Of a DNA stretch of 64,000 bases, positions 14,772 through 29,459 are shown piece by piece. This stretch comes from Phoronis australis (Eukaryota; Animalia; Phoronida). The DNA lies in contig NMRA01000282.1 in the NCBI GenBank assembly GCA_002633005.1, positions 1 to 64,000 on the forward strand, written 5' to 3'. Positions within the stretch are counted from its first letter, which is position 1. Every line of letters starts with the position of its first letter. The position numbers and the translations under genes were made by a program. The notes below the pieces were generated by a model. The model was not told where the DNA came from. It worked only from the letters and a program-made list of their open reading frames with translations, and ran no database searches.

Positions 14772-15476
14772 TACTAGTATTTTTTTGAAAATTGATACAG
14801 CGATGCGCGGACATTCCTTAGTTGTCCATGTGTTTAAAAAGAAGTCATGTGATGCCGGGTGAAAAAGCCCTGTAAAGAATCATCTGGTTCTCTTGCCAGC
14901 GTTATCTGATGCCAGTCGAAATGGGTCGTATGTTCAGCGCCACCCGATGTCACCCTTGAGAAACATGTTTCAACAAAGGAACAGCAGATGGACTGCCCGT
15001 TCATTAAACGCTCCCTCGCATTTCCCAACCCGAAACAATTAAGGACACTGTTGGCCGGTATGCTACAGCTCAGTCAGGCTGGTGGCATCATCCACTAGGG
15101 TTTTTCACACAATCCTCCAGAATNTACTAGTATTTTTTTGAAAATTGATGCAGCGATGCGCGGACATTCCTTAGTTGTCCACGTGTTTAAAAAGAAGTCA
15201 TGTGATGCCGGGTGAAAAAGCCCTGTAAAGAATCATCTGGTTCTCTTGCCAGCGTTATCTGATGCCAGTCGAAATGGGTCGTATGTTCAGCGCCACCCGA
15301 TGTCACCCTTGAGAAACATGTTTCAACAAAGGAACAGCAGATGGACTGCCCGTTCATTAAACGCTCCCTCGCATTTCCCAACCCGAAACAATTAAGGACA
15401 CTGTTGGCCGGTATGCTACAGCTCAGTCAGGCTGGTGGCATCATCCACTAGGGTTTTTCACACAATCCTCCAGAAT
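14772..15476. other. 352-bp direct duplication split by a single N (probable assembly overlap of two alleles)
   Basis: 14772-15123 and 15125-15476 are identical except for two substitutions I could see; N at 15124. Confidence 0.85.
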
Positions 15477-18400
15477 TCACTTCTCAATAATTAATAGAGA
15501 GTGAACAACTAGCCTCCATTAGACTGCTGCAATGCCAGGGGAACGACTTTTCACGTTTAGTATCGAGCAGCCCTGCTGTTGCCGTTTACACCCCCTACAG
15601 CGAGCGCCGAACTGTCTGATTTGGTCGCAGCGCCCTCATGTGAGCGAAACTGACAAAGGTACCTCATGTATAAATTAGTTTATTTTTAGTTTGATATCAT
15701 TCTGTACAAAGGGAGCTTTGCCAAGTATCCTGTAAGAAATATAATATGGTGACAGGTGTATATGTAGTCTACACTCTGTAAGATAAGGTTTTCGTCAGTG
15801 CGGCAAACACATAACCGGCGAAGTAGAGATTTTATTCACTTGAGGACGCCATGATCAAGTTAGATACAGGTCGGGGTTCGCTTCAGCGACCGTTGCCGCC
15901 AACAACACGGAATGCACTCATTGCTGTTATGAATGTTTTGAATAAAGGTGACAATTATTTCCCGTGGCTGAGTAGCAGGTAAATGATCATACATGCACAT
16001 AACCGAGGCAGTATTATTATAGTGCGCTGTATTCAAGGGGATTTGGTGGGAAACCTCGACAGCAGCCAGCATATCGACCAGCATTGTCCCTTGCCCAGCT
16101 TTTACGACCACGTACATTTGTATGAATCGTGCAAATGCCTGAGCTATAAACCTGTAGAAGATAACTTCTGCTTCTTCTTCCCACAGTTTTTATGAAGTCA
16201 CCATCGGGATTTTCTACGACAACAGTTTTTGCTTTGATTTTGAACGTCGAACGGCTGTCCGTCCATCATCTGATTTAACTATTACTAAAAAAACCAGCGC
16301 AAGTAGGCCTAACTGGCTGGAGACATTAAAAGTTAAACATGTTATTATAAACTATAATATATCATAAGGCATACCATTTCTAAAAATCATGAAAATGGCA
16401 TGATTTACATGATATTATGATATCTGTCCATGTATTTTGAGGATGTGTAAGGTTCACTTACTGTAGGAATAAGGTTTTTGCAGAATAATACAGCGCTTTA
16501 ATACTTGGATTTTTGTAGTTTTATAGTTACAATTACAGTTATTTTGTCATTTTTATGTTATTATCAGTTTCTATGAAAGAGGGAAATTATATCAATGATT
16601 CAGAAATGCCCACATCGTGCCCGTCGTCAAACCCTTGATTTCTTCAATGACACAGCTCTACACCGTTGTTTGGATGGATGACTGTAATGAGTTATGCTTT
16701 AATGGACTGCGGAAGTTCTCGCACATTTACGGGAAAATGCGAGAGGACCTCATAATTATTGCAAAGCAAGAAATTGGATTTTGGTGCAGTAGAGATAAAT
16801 GTACATGTTGCCTCAGCATTGTTCAGACTGTAGAATCTTGCCCTTGTAAGTTGGTTTGACAATGCATTTCCTAAATATGTTTGTAAGGTTTCATGTAGTA
16901 TGAAGCACAGGCAACACTCTACTAAGTGTTTTGTTATTGTAAAATTTGTTTTAATGTTTCTTATTTGTAAAATATGAACAAAAGGTACATTGTAAATGGA
17001 GCCACAGCTGAATAGTTTCTGATGTTTGGATGAATATCAAAGAAATGATTCATTGACTTCAACTATTTAAATAACCTTCCCTATAAAATCTATCATAATG
17101 CCAACCGTTTTCAACTGAAAGACAAAGCCTGGGTACTTTTTTGAAATAACGATTTCTGGTGATAGGCGCTTCATCGAAAATCCTGGGTTTTGTCCGCTGA
17201 AAAACTTGCATAGAATTTGCAGTTATAACGCGCAAGGCACAATAGACCTATGCAGCGCCATTTTGGATGTCAATTTTGAAACAGAAATAGAACAACGTCG
17301 TCGTGGAGTATATCCGATCGCGGAAACAATGGTTAAACTCTTTGGAATATCTCTAAATTTTGAGTGCCCTAATGCCAACTTGACTTGTTACAAAAATCAA
17401 AAACGGTCCACCCAATGACCATGTTGAAGTCTGCATTTTTTCACATTTCGTGCTGAGTACAACAGTACAACTTACTTAATTCGACGAATGCATTCGACTA
17501 CGTATTTCGAACAGAAAGGCTAATGAAACGCAATTAATTCCACGTGAATTGCGCTTAGCATCCCGCAAAACCGCTGAAATTCCTGAAAGTGCTCTTGGAT
17601 TGTATTGGATAATTTACGACATAATATGTAACAATGGAGTAGTTTCGACACCAGTTATTTACGCTCAGTTCGTAATAGTAACCTCGAGCTCGGATGTCAG
17701 TCATTCACGAACAGTTTGTGAACCAACCGGAAAACGATGCTTATTCAAACACTTAAACGAATTTCTGTAACGACGACACACGCAACAAACTGTTAATTGT
17801 TGGCAATTAACACTCGCTAAACACAGCATAATTACGCGCCATAATGACAGGTAGCAATGCTCATTATTTCCCAAATCCCCATCAAAAATGATATGCACGC
17901 GCTCGTGTGTGGACATTGAAAAGAGTTGCCGGTGACGAGATGAGGAACTCGATTCTGATCGAGAGATAGAGAATGATTAATTCAGTATAAGCACCCCGCC
18001 TTTCCTGAAGTTCTTGACCAGCGAAAGGTGGGGCAGGCTGAACCATAATCTGGAGCAAACGTGACTCACAAACTAATACGAACTTGGACGATTTTAGCAA
18101 CTATGTTGTACCTGATTCTCACAAGCGTTCGTCAGCTTGGTAAGTGAAACTTCGTCTTGGATAGGAGATTGTCGTGAAAGTCTGAAAGGAAAGATGACGA
18201 GTTGACAAGTAAGTAAGTTGTTTTGACGTACGAATAGCACTGGAACATGAACAGGAACGACCAGCTTAAAGAATGTATTTTTTAAAATTTGTTGACCTTT
18301 GTCAAAAATAAAAAAAAGGTTAAAAGTTATTCCTCTGTTTCAGTTGGGGCCACAGTTTGAAATGATTACACTGTTGCTAAAATGTTCACTTAACAGCCGA

Positions 18401-19953
18401 ATAATTCTGTTTAAAATTGCTGCAACAAGATGAAGGAATTTCGTTTCTATTCGAGATTTACGAGGCAGCGTGAAGCCCCATTTCACTTGATAATTTTTTG
18501 TAGTCTAAAAGTTGAATAACGATGGCACATTATTCACAACATGGGATCTGGGTGCGGTATAGTTAATTTCATAGTGAAGATAATTGTTCTCCTGACGTTA
18601 CGATTAACCCTCACGTGACAGGACGAACAAAAGACGAAAATCATGTTATGGCATGCCAGTCTTTCATTTCATTTTTGACGCCAACGCTCAAACGTTAGTT
18701 GCATGCTTCTCTTAGTTCTTTGAATGAGCTTTTTAATTACGCAGTCGTTTTATTTTTCTCAAAAATCAAAAGTGTCTTCTAACTGTTGACCTCTGACCTT
18801 GTGACGAAACAAACCTCCCACTCTGGAGTTCAAGACTAAAACAACAGTAAACGGAACTATGCTGCAAAATTGTATAAACGCCATGACAGTCTTAATGTGA
18901 AAAAGGCGTGACTCCATTTCAATTTCCCGAAAGACCTAGCTGTGATTCATAAGTGGTAGCCGACATTTTGCGAGACTGTGAAGTGCAAGATACGGTTTGG
19001 CGAATTGCTTTCGAAAGCTGTGTTTCGGTCTGAATGGTAACATGTGCCCCGAACATTTCGAAGAAACGTGAGCCGTTGTTTCAAGGCCAAGTGTCCTCGG
19101 AGTCCTTTGTTGTGTCTGCCTGTATTCACGTGAGACATCCTGGCATTCACAGAAAGGCAGACTCGTACCGTTAATTTCCAGAACACACTGAGCTACGGTG
19201 CACCTGCTTTCTCTCCTATCTGTTTCTCCTTAAATATTCACTGACTTTTAGAAGTTAATGGAAAATCTTTCTCTGCTACAGCTTTCTTGTATAAGCCGGC
19301 AAGGGTGGTAGTTTGTATTTATATATTCCATTACGGTACACAGCAGGGCCAGGTCAATTACTACTCAATTGTTCAATTGACAAATTCCGGGTGAGATATG
19401 TCTCCTTGGAAAACTTTTTTGAACCGGGCATGATGTCTTCTTCGTAACCTTTCTGTAGCTTGTTATTGTTTATTCAGTATAGTTCGAATGTTAACCAGGC
19501 TAACTGTAAGCCAGAATGGATTTCGAGATTTGAAATGGTCTTTTTACGTCTTTTAGAAAGTCTAGCTACTATTGTACAGTGTGCATATGTGCACGTCACA
19601 GAAAGGAACCGTGACCAAGACCGACTTGAATGTACATTACCGCTTTAAGGATATCGATAAGAATCGAAAATGATAAAAATACGGCTGATTTGATTTGCTT
19701 CAATATACTTTGCCTAAGCAAAATTACGTCAAGCGTCATTAACAGCGTTTTCTCAAGTTTTCTGTGCCGCCACCTGTTGGCTGCACAATGTCGTTTCCAT
19801 GTTAAGGGTTTTTTTAATCTTAAACGAAAACGGCACGCAACTTTCACATCCTGTTAAGATGAACTTAGTGGGAGTAGATATGCTGTCGGTGAAGAACACG
19901 TGACAGTTTAAGCCAAGTGTATCTTGCCGAGAATATACACATAACTGTTAGTT

Positions 19954-20041
19954 CATTGGCGGCGCAGCACTGAAGAAGTGGGGGCTGCAGCACCCTCCCC
20001 CCCCCNCCCCCCCCCCCGTCCCCTATGGTGCGCCGCCCACG
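19954..20041. mobile_element. MITE family A (monomer), 5-bp TSD TAGTT
   Basis: CATTGGCGGCGCAGCAC...ATGGTGCGCCGCCCACG with TAGTT at 19949-19953 and 20042-20046. Confidence 0.82.
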
Positions 20042-22189
20042 TAGTTGCAGAGATAATGTCTATCAATTATTTATAGACTATGATGCAGTCATAATTTCAT
20101 GATTAAAATTTTCAGCGATTGTGAAGTCGGAGCTCAAGAGCACATTTTTGTCTTAGGTTTTAAATAACTTTCATGAAACGGAGCCCAGACCTGAGAAGGT
20201 TGGGCGTCCATTAGAAGCAGCACGAAACTACTCAGTGACTGCACTTTAGCTAAAGTGAGAGTTAATTATTTTTCAGAAATAATTATGAGGACCGTAAAAC
20301 CAAATTTCTGTCTCAAGTCTTAAGTCACTTTTCGTAAAACAGACCTTTGGGGCTTCACTTAATAATCTCACCAACTTCAGTCCATAGCAATTTAAACGCT
20401 CCTTCCAAGAAAAGTGCCGCAGCCTCACGGAATGTTTAATCCTCATTCTTTTCAGGCCTTCTTGATACTAATTGTCGTGGTTTGTCTGCTTATTTGTCAT
20501 GATTTTTGTTGCAACAGTTTGTGAATAGTACTTTGCACAAAAAATCATCGCAAAAGAAAAATGTTCAATTTAACACAATCCGTGGTACAAAAATCGCAAT
20601 TTGAGGCATAGACGACAATTTCTGATCCGCCTTTTTATGGCCACCGACGGAAATGAGACTGTAGGTACATACAGACATGCAAGTTCTGTCAATTCGCTAC
20701 TAAGAGCGACTCGCGAAACTGGAGATTGTAACTAGAACTTCGAACTGAAAACGCGCCAATTTTAATAACTGGTATTTTCAGTTTGATGCTATAAGTTCGT
20801 GGTGCTCTTCATTGCGATAGTCCATCATAGACGGATCCTACTTCTACCACGGTTCGTGTTTTATCTGCTGTGAAAGGACTACATGTGTATTTACCACAAA
20901 CCATTGCTGAAACAGCGTCTCCCCCTACCTGTAAAAGTCTGAGTCACTTGTGACAATTCGTATTTCCGCAAAACATTACACAGGCATTTGCGATAAAAAC
21001 CCCGTTTCAAATCGAAAATGGTTGCTGGGACGTTTCGAGCCAACTGCACAAAACTGACGCTCTCAAACAACAGCCCATTTTTGACCTACTCGTTCAGGAT
21101 GCTGAACAGCACACGGATGTCACTTGCAACGACATTCTAAATGCCTGAGGACCGGTCCAGTAAATATGAGTGTCGTACTGATATTGATCACGGTAAACGA
21201 TGATGCAATGTTAAAATACATGTATATGCACGTGGACTTGGTTTGGGGGCACTGGAGCCCTTCTCCAACGATATACACTTTGCGAATTACATTTGGAACA
21301 GTCTGGAGAGATATTTCTAAACTACCGATTAGGATAAACTCATTTGACGTTTCGGTTGCCCCAACAGCCATTGCCAAATGCTGACCATCAGGAGGCGCTG
21401 TTAAACTGGTCACGTATCCATTTCGTGGCCAGTGTTTTCTTCATCAAAACGACCTCTCTGGTCTTCAAGTCCGTCAAATAGTAGGTACCGTAATGGTGGA
21501 AATTAATAAAACGGTATTCCTATTTGTAAAGCTTGTAGTTTATTTTGAATTCTATACTAAAAATTGTTATCAGATGTCTTTGCAAAATCAAGGAGGCGTT
21601 ATTTAATGTTTCTCTGTCTCCCTGTTCTAGTCCCAATGACACCATAGCCATCACGTCACCTAGCATCTAATGGCCTATTAATGGCGCAACGTGCGACAGG
21701 TGGAAAATATGTGAGGAAAGGTGTTGAAATGCCTTGACTTCAAGTCAAAACAGACGTTAACGAACTAAATGAACGACCTCTCATTATTCAACTTTAGCTT
21801 GCATTTGAAATCCGTAGAGCGCGGCTTCAATCTGGTAGAAGGTAAGAGTGCTATAGTGCTCTTTCTTGGACTGTGAATCGTTTCTGCCTGCTAGAACATG
21901 CATGTCGTAAACTGTGGAATTTACCTTTACGCGTCAACACAGGTTTCTAACAAAAAAACTGCAAAAGTGTGCACTACGTGATTGCTTACAGTGCGTGTTT
22001 CTGGGTGACTGTAAATATTTTCAAGTGTTTCTTCATTTGCATTATTGAATTGGTAACAGATAATCGACATCACAATAGTTGCCGTACTGTGAGTGCGATG
22101 CCTCTTATATACAGGAGTATGATATGTGAAAACCAACCGCGATCGTAAATACGGATGTCTCGAGTTCGCCTCGACTATTTTACATTAGA

Positions 22190-22402
22190 CATTACTTTAT
22201 GCAGTGCTCTCCAATGAGCTGTTATGAAATGTTTTTAAAATGTTCCACTTTTGCATGAATGGCTATCAACAACAGGACTTTTGTGAATTTCTTGAAAAAT
22301 AACAAAAGTCGCATCAGATGAAAATTGATAATTTAGAAAATGTAATGGCGTTTTTGAGATTTTTTTCTTGAACGTTTATGTCAAATGAAATTTGGTCGTG
22401 TT
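22190..22402 (+). mobile_element. dispersed repeat family E fragment
   Basis: Colinear diverged match to the central part of 23497-23845 and 60583-60985. Confidence 0.5.
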
Positions 22403-23496
22403 AATGGCACCGCTATTTTGCTACCAAAATTCAGCACACTGAGTATCCGTCCAATCACTTTTAGTGGCGGCCATTTTGCACGTAAGGTTGCAGGTGCTCT
22501 CATCAAACACTGGCGACATCTTGGTTCAAAGCAACGCTAGCTTTCGTGGATTCGAAGAACAAGACTAAACTGTAAACGTCACAAGAAATCTGAGAGTAGA
22601 TAGTCCTAGCAGGAAAGCAATGCTAAATCGGCGCTTAGGTGCCCCTGAAGTTTCAATAAAAGCAGGGCGGCATCTGTGATGACTCGTGAGTAAAGCGTTT
22701 AACAAATCCCATACATTTTGCTTATTGTCATCTTGCACATTGCATGAAGTTTATTTACGGTCAACGAGTGACTTCGCAACCAGTATTTGAAACGGCGAAC
22801 GATAACGGTTGAGTCAATCTGAATAGTCCTCCCTGATACCGAATTTGGGACTCTTGTGTTTTAACTGATGTGCCAAATAATTTCCTTTGTGGTATGTGTC
22901 AAATTCAGAATTCAGCTAATTCTTGTTGCTGTTGTTGCTTTTTTTCTCACGGAAACAGCCGAGTGGTCACGGATGTTGGATTCCTATACAAAAACGTGAC
23001 ATTATGAAAAGCAATATCAATTGCCTCCTCTTGATGTATTGAGTTATTGGATAAAACATGGCTTTTTGTTTATTCAATGCATTTTTTATCGAGGCCGGTA
23101 ACTTGAACCACCAATTAGCGGGGTTAATATAGACAATCATTAGCGTGCCTGAGTAATTAAGCATGAATTATGAACTAATTATGGAAAGAAAACTTTCATA
23201 CTTACAAGACTTTGGTATATACGTTTTGCCATCAAATTAAGCGTGCTCATCAAAACAACGTAATTCGAAATACTTCGATATTCAATAATCCAAGTGTGCA
23301 GACAAGATAATGACAAAAATGCCTCGCTTGACAGGGTTTGTTTGGTTTACCCGTCTGTAGTTGTCAAACCCTGGAAATATAGCCTATCACAATAAGATTT
23401 TTACAGGGCCTGTTTTTCCACTATTAGTGTCACATCGCTAATATTGGATAGTTAGAATTCTTCACTTCTGTCTTAAGATGGATTCTGGTTTCATGT

Positions 23497-23845
23497 TGAG
23501 GTCGCGTAGGGCCCTCCAACACCCTGCAGATTTGACTAACTTCAGAAGATCATATATCAGAAATGCTTGGTCAGTAGTTCTTACAAAACTTTCAGATTCA
23601 GTACTTTATGCACTGTTCTCTAAAATGCAGTAAAGAATTATTTTAAAACAATGTTCCACTTTGCATGAGGGGCTGTCAAAAATAAAGTTGTATATAACGA
23701 AACCGAAATGATGATCGTGACAACTGTCTGGATTTTTGAGATTTCATCTTGAACATTTATATCAAACCAAATTTGGTCATGTAGTTGTTTACCTTTCTTT
23801 TTGATAAATTCTACTGAAAGACATGGTCATGTGACCTAATTAATG
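23497..23845 (+). mobile_element. dispersed repeat family E copy
   Basis: Colinear diverged match to 60583-60985. Confidence 0.55.
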
Positions 23846-23959
23846 GTAGATTGCTATAAAGTCAAAAATCAAAATTCTACATGCATGTAGACAAAGTCCT
23901 ACATAACTATAATACGCTTTATCAATCTCGTTTTGAAATCGTGCAGTCTAGACCCGGGA

Positions 23960-24141
23960 AGAGTTCAGTAACGCTAGGACCTCGCTAAAAGCAAGACTTA
24001 CGTAAGATATTGCCGTGTATTATAAATTAGAGCACGTGATTTTGGCATGATTATTGCGAGGTCCTAGCGTAGGTCCTAGCGTAGGTCCTAGCGTAGGTCC
24101 TAGCGTAGGTCCTAGCGTAGGTTCTAGCGTTAAAGAACTCT
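23960..24141. mobile_element. MITE family C with internal 12-bp tandem array (AGGTCCTAGCGT x6)
   Basis: AGAGTTCAGTAACGCTAGGACC...GGTTCTAGCGTTAAAGAACTCT inverted ends; body similar to 29309-29459 and 45790-45918. Confidence 0.7.
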
Positions 24142-25927
24142 GTCCAGTAAATTCTGAAAGTTTTCTTACTCAAAACGTGAGGATATAGGTCAGGCCAAAC
24201 AAATTCACAAGTCGATTTGATATCAATGCACGTTAACTTGAGTTAAACAAAAGAAAATGGCGGGCCACATATATTTATGCACTCGAGATTGATTCCAAAT
24301 TCGTTTCGTTACCACATACTATGATTTAAATAAAACCGCCTCAAAACTGTTGAATGTCAAAAACATTAGTAATAACCACTGTATGACAGAACTAACTGAA
24401 TGATAATCGTAGCCATTTCGCGACGGTACGGTAAGCTCTTAGAAGTTCGTTTTATTTGCGTATTATTTCATGGCTTAGAGTTTTGCAGCCTTGCGTCTGA
24501 ACGGCAGACTTGGGAAATCGTAACTGTAAATTAATTGAAAATATAACGTGGTTACAAATTAGCTATCAAACTAAACCCCGCGAGACTGGTTGCAAAAACT
24601 TCTTCTGTGGTAACAAATAAACTGGGGAGTAACGACAGAACGCCCAGGGAATGACTCTAGCGTACGTCATAGTTGCATAGGGGTAAACGACGACTTTTCA
24701 AAATCGCTACACGTCCACTTTTTAATTGCAAATCCATAAACATTCTTGTTACATAACAAGTACTGTTAGGAGTAGACGCCAATCCGGCTTGTTCTCTGCC
24801 TACTCATTTTAGACGAACGCTTGTGTGCAACCAGTCTCAGTAGTACCGGCGGAAGTACAGAGGCCCCTATCCGCTCGAACAAAAAAAAAACAAAAAACAA
24901 TCTCAAACACGTCTCATCCACTTCAGAGATATCGAGTAACGTCTTTTCGAGTTTACTGTCGGTTTATGTTTAATTACAGGTAATTTGCCTGTCGTGAACA
25001 GGTGGTCCAGCGTCTCTGTTTATGCGAAAGGTAAATACCTGTCGAGTGCTTTGTCTGTCGTGAGCGCTTCAGCGCTTTGTTTTTGACGATTTAAGCTGAT
25101 TAGCATTGTTTAATTATGGCACTAAACACGGGGCTCGGCTGCTACCACAAAATGATAAATATTTATTTGTTCATTAGCTACGCAAATATTTACAGGCAAG
25201 CCGTATTTTTAAGTGCATCGTAAAAGCTCTAGTCGAGTACTTTCTTTTCTTGTGGATTTCGTGTGTGTGAACTTTACTTCGGTGGGTTGAAATCTCAACA
25301 AGACTGATTAACAATCGCTGTTATACAAAATCGTTAGAAAGCGCGAATTTTTAAACGCTGACCGTGTTCATTACTCTTTACCGTGCTTAAAAACCAGGCA
25401 AATCCAGTCGGCTGTCCTGAAATTCAAATTGTTGAAAACTCGCGCTGAATTCTCGCCAATTACTCGTGAACATACTGATTGAAAACGGCGCGTGTGGAAA
25501 TCAAGCGCGTTATTACTAAGGCTGGGATACTGAATTTCCTAAACATACCTAACAGTAGTGGCTGGCGACTGGGCCCTCAGTCTAGTTATGCAAGCCGCAA
25601 AGAAGCGGAAACGACAAAGCACAGATCAGTGTGAACACAGCGGACATTTTTTTACAAATTACATTTCTTGTTAAACAGGATACATGAAATGATTTGTCGA
25701 GACTAAACTGTCTTGGTTTGATCGAGATTTTGTTACCAGAGATAATCTTAAAGATGCAACTGATCACAATCTGGTGTTCAAAAAACCTACTTTCGTTTCT
25801 GGCATTTTTGCCTCTCAAAGCTTTCTTATCCATCGCTAGAATTGCATGGATTTCCCGTGACGGCCCTACTACCCTGGTGTCTAAAACTATGCCGCCGTGT
25901 AATGAGGCAACCTGCTACATGTATCTA

Positions 25928-26200
25928 GATGCGCGCACCTAGCCTAAAATCTAAGGGGGCTCGAATTCTTCGATATGCGGATCTTTTACTGAAAAAAATC
26001 AACGAGGACTAAAAAAACCGGGTTATAGGTTCACGCCATCCGATCGTGCATCCGTACCGAATTCTTGTGGACTTCAGTGTGGACTTTTGTCTCGTTTACT
26101 CGGACTTCTTGTTTCCCTGAGGCGGACCTTTTTGCCCAATTCGCCAAATGGGGGGCTCGATCGAGCCTTCCGAGCCCCTCCCCCCACGATTGCGCCCATG
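25928..26200. mobile_element. MITE family B, 5-bp TSD ATCTA
   Basis: GATGCGCGCACC...TGCGCCCATG flanked by ATCTA (25923-25927, 26201-26205); internal GGGGGCTCGAATTC, GGACTAAAAAAA and TTCGCCAAATGGGGGGCTC shared with 37765-38014. Confidence 0.78.
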
Positions 26201-29200
26201 ATCTATGGAAAAACAGAAACAATTCCAACAGATAACCTAAACTTAAAGACGACACTAAAACGTTCTTAAAACTCGTTATTGTTGAGAAATAAGGCGAAGT
26301 AAGATTTCACTTGTTCGCCATGTTGTTGAAGAATGTTTACGGTACTACTATTACTACCGTGGCGTGAGAGTTGATTATGATCATTATCGGTTTATGATTG
26401 CGATCTGTGTTTCCTTGGTGTTGGCTTTAAGTAGGCCGGGAGGGGAAGCACGAAAATAAATCACCACGTGGCCGTTTGAGAACGTCTTTATGTCCAAGTC
26501 ATTGGATCATAAAACATTTTAATTATGAGCCAACGAAGCCAATAATTACATGATCAACCACTTGTCGGTACGAAAAAGGTGTTTGAAATAGCATCAAAAT
26601 GAAAAATTAATCTCCACTGACAATGAGGTGTGTCGAGAAAATGCGATAACTGCTTTTTCATTCAGAGCTGGATGTAGACGATATTGTTCGAAACATAATC
26701 GTCTGCTACGAGTAATAAGGGTCGCTGAACTTTGCACAAAAATTTGTCACAAAATTAATTGGTCATTATCTTTATGAGTTGATATTTGTCAAATAGGGGC
26801 AAACGCGAAACGGAAGCAAGTTATGTATATAATTTCATAGTAAGATCTCGGCCCGGTGTCTAACTACTTAACTCAGACCCAGGCTTTCAACTTAAACAAT
26901 CGTGCCGTATTATTTCCGCAGAAATTTGTAAGGCTCCTAGAAGTACCATGAAGTTGGTCAATTTCGAGACATATTTAGAATACAGAAATTAGACCTCGAC
27001 CCTTGGTAACTGTTGCAACGACTCTTCAGTCGTGCCCTACTTGCACATTTACGTGAACACTTTTCACTAATTTTGTTCATGTTTCTTAAGTTTAGCTCAC
27101 GACACACTGCGTAAAGTGCTCAAATGTCTAACCATTAGGAAGTACCAAAACTTGATACACAAAACCACTAACGGAATTGATTGAGTAAATACTGTATAGG
27201 AAGTAACTTGATTCCGAACTATTGATTGACAAGCAAATCTGATGTTCTGATTTCTACCGTATTGTTCTTCAGCGAACCTCTGATCGAAAATAACAGGAGA
27301 AAAAATCTCCGCGTTGGTGTGTCTCGAAGAGGGGGGTGTTTGTGGGGTGGCAATGTTATCAGTGGGGGATAACTCTGAGAGAAAAGATTCATGGATTTCC
27401 GATGACGGCTTTAAGTCGCAGCAGGGGACAATGCTAGTGTAGAAAACTATCGACGGATCTGGTCAGCTAATTCTTGATGGTGTAAAGTCAATCAGACCAA
27501 GGTGTTCAGGTGATTAGGTGGATAAAATGGGAAATAGAATTAAAATTAAAAAAACAGCAAAAGATCATACACCAGTGAAACTAACACCAGAACGAAACAA
27601 TTTAACTTACATTTCCTATTTCGCGTAATCATTTTACATTCTCGTCATTCTGTTTCAGAATACGGACGTGAGCATGTAGTCACCGTTTTGCACGAGACGA
27701 TGGGGAGCACGCGATCAATAAGGCGCGCACCCCCGGCAAAGAAAGACCCCATTAACACAAAATATACACACAGACTAGCAAACAACAATAAAGAGTTATA
27801 TAAAAATATGCAATTGTCAGTCGACGAATTAAATAAACAAACTTAAATTTGTGTTGCCCCAGAGATATGGTTGGCTATTAATAGAGTCCGTTATTGCATC
27901 TCGTTGTTCCAATTCGGCCAGTGTTTGTGGTCCTATTTACGAGACACGTGTGAACCCGGTGCGTGTCCATAGTCAATGAAATCATGACAATTGCATCTCG
28001 GCTAAAACTAACAGGTTTTGCTGTTAGTGTCTTTGGCACTTTCAATTTTTATAAACGAAAGGCGCCTGGGGCAGTATCCAATAACTACTTGATGACTCAC
28101 GTTCGTTTGTCCGTCCGGTCGTGGGACCTAGCCCCCAACTGTCCCGTTTCAATATTGGGCGCTACGATTTTGATAAAAAGGTCGAAAACAAACGTTGTAC
28201 AATTTTATGGCACTTTGCAATTAGAGAGGTAATTAGATGTATTTCAGTCAAGAAAGATATTTGAAAAAGTGCAAGTGGGTGTAATGTATTAATCATTTAA
28301 TGTTTCAACGACCGTCGTCAAAAGGAAAAAAGTCGCAATACACACCAAACTTCCGTTTTCACAAGTGCAAGTTTTCAGCGCAACATACAAAAGTTCTCCA
28401 TACGTTTCACCTTACGTTACAATGTCATGCAGTTTCGCAGTATACCGCAATTTCTAGTCTTATTTACGCAAGTTGATGTTATGTAGCAATAGCTTTTCAC
28501 TCGTTCTACCTGTTAACACATTAACCAGACCATTGTCAACAGAAATGTGTTTTGATACGTGATGCGCGAGCTATTTAAACCTTTACTTGGCATGGAGACA
28601 CAAATTGACTTTACACCAGGACGGCAAAGCACTTTAAAATTGTGTTTGTTCTCAAATTTATTGATGGCTAACTCCACTTCCTCGTCTTATAACGAACACA
28701 AACACAAAACAAGCCGGTCATACCACATCCGTTTTCCCGTCATGCTGCGGAAACCGTGAACTCCTGTGTTTTATGTGTCCGTTTCGTTAAAGATCTTGAT
28801 ACCTTCTTCGCCCTCGATGGCTTTACACGTGTCGCAACGTAGCATTAAAGGTGCGTTAAACCCGACCCTTCTGTCAAAAACAACTTTTGGTTGAGGCAAC
28901 TTGTCGTTGTAACATCGGCACCAAATGTGCGTCATTTTTTCTTACCGATTTTATCATTTCTTTTGGGTAGCGTAAAAGGTGAACTCTCCCTTGCGTGTTG
29001 TTTTATCTGCAGACTTTTTACGGTTTCTTCGTGCGCAAAGAATTGTGGATGAACTTGTAGCCTAGATGATTCAAATGCATGTTTGTGCACAATGTCTTGG
29101 ATGACTCGAGAGTGTTTGCGTCTACGTAACGCGCCCATGTTTGCTTCCGTTGCTTTCTGTGTAAAATGACAACATTTTCAGTCGTCCTAGACTACCTCAT

Positions 29201-29308
29201 CTAGTACATCGTGAAAGCACCAACAATTTAAAAAAAATGTTCGCACTAAGACTTAAGACCATCATGGTTCCCGCGCATGCGCTAACGGTTGTAACAGTAC
29301 GTAACCTG

Positions 29309-29459
29309 GCGTGCGTTCAGTAGACGCTAGGACCTACGCTAGGACCTAGCTAAAACCTAGTCAAAGTCACGTGTTCTCATTTAAAATGCACGGCAATATC
29401 TCACGTAATCTCGCGAAGTCTTGCTTTTTAGCGAGGTCTTAGCGTTACTGAACGGGGGG
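29309..29459. mobile_element. MITE family C (inverted copy, CTG flanks; PIF/Harbinger-like)
   Basis: CGTTCAGTA...TACTGAACG inverted ends; near-identical reverse complement of 45790-45918; CTG on both sides. Confidence 0.72.

Noticed and set aside
14834-15381. Two identical 64-aa ORFs suggesting a gene duplication
   Set aside because: They come from the 352-bp duplicate split by a single N (probable assembly overlap), and the peptide has no recognisable features.
15860-16859. Possible decayed transposase or other coding fragments
   Set aside because: Short ORFs interrupted by stops, with no motif I can identify; BLASTX would be needed.
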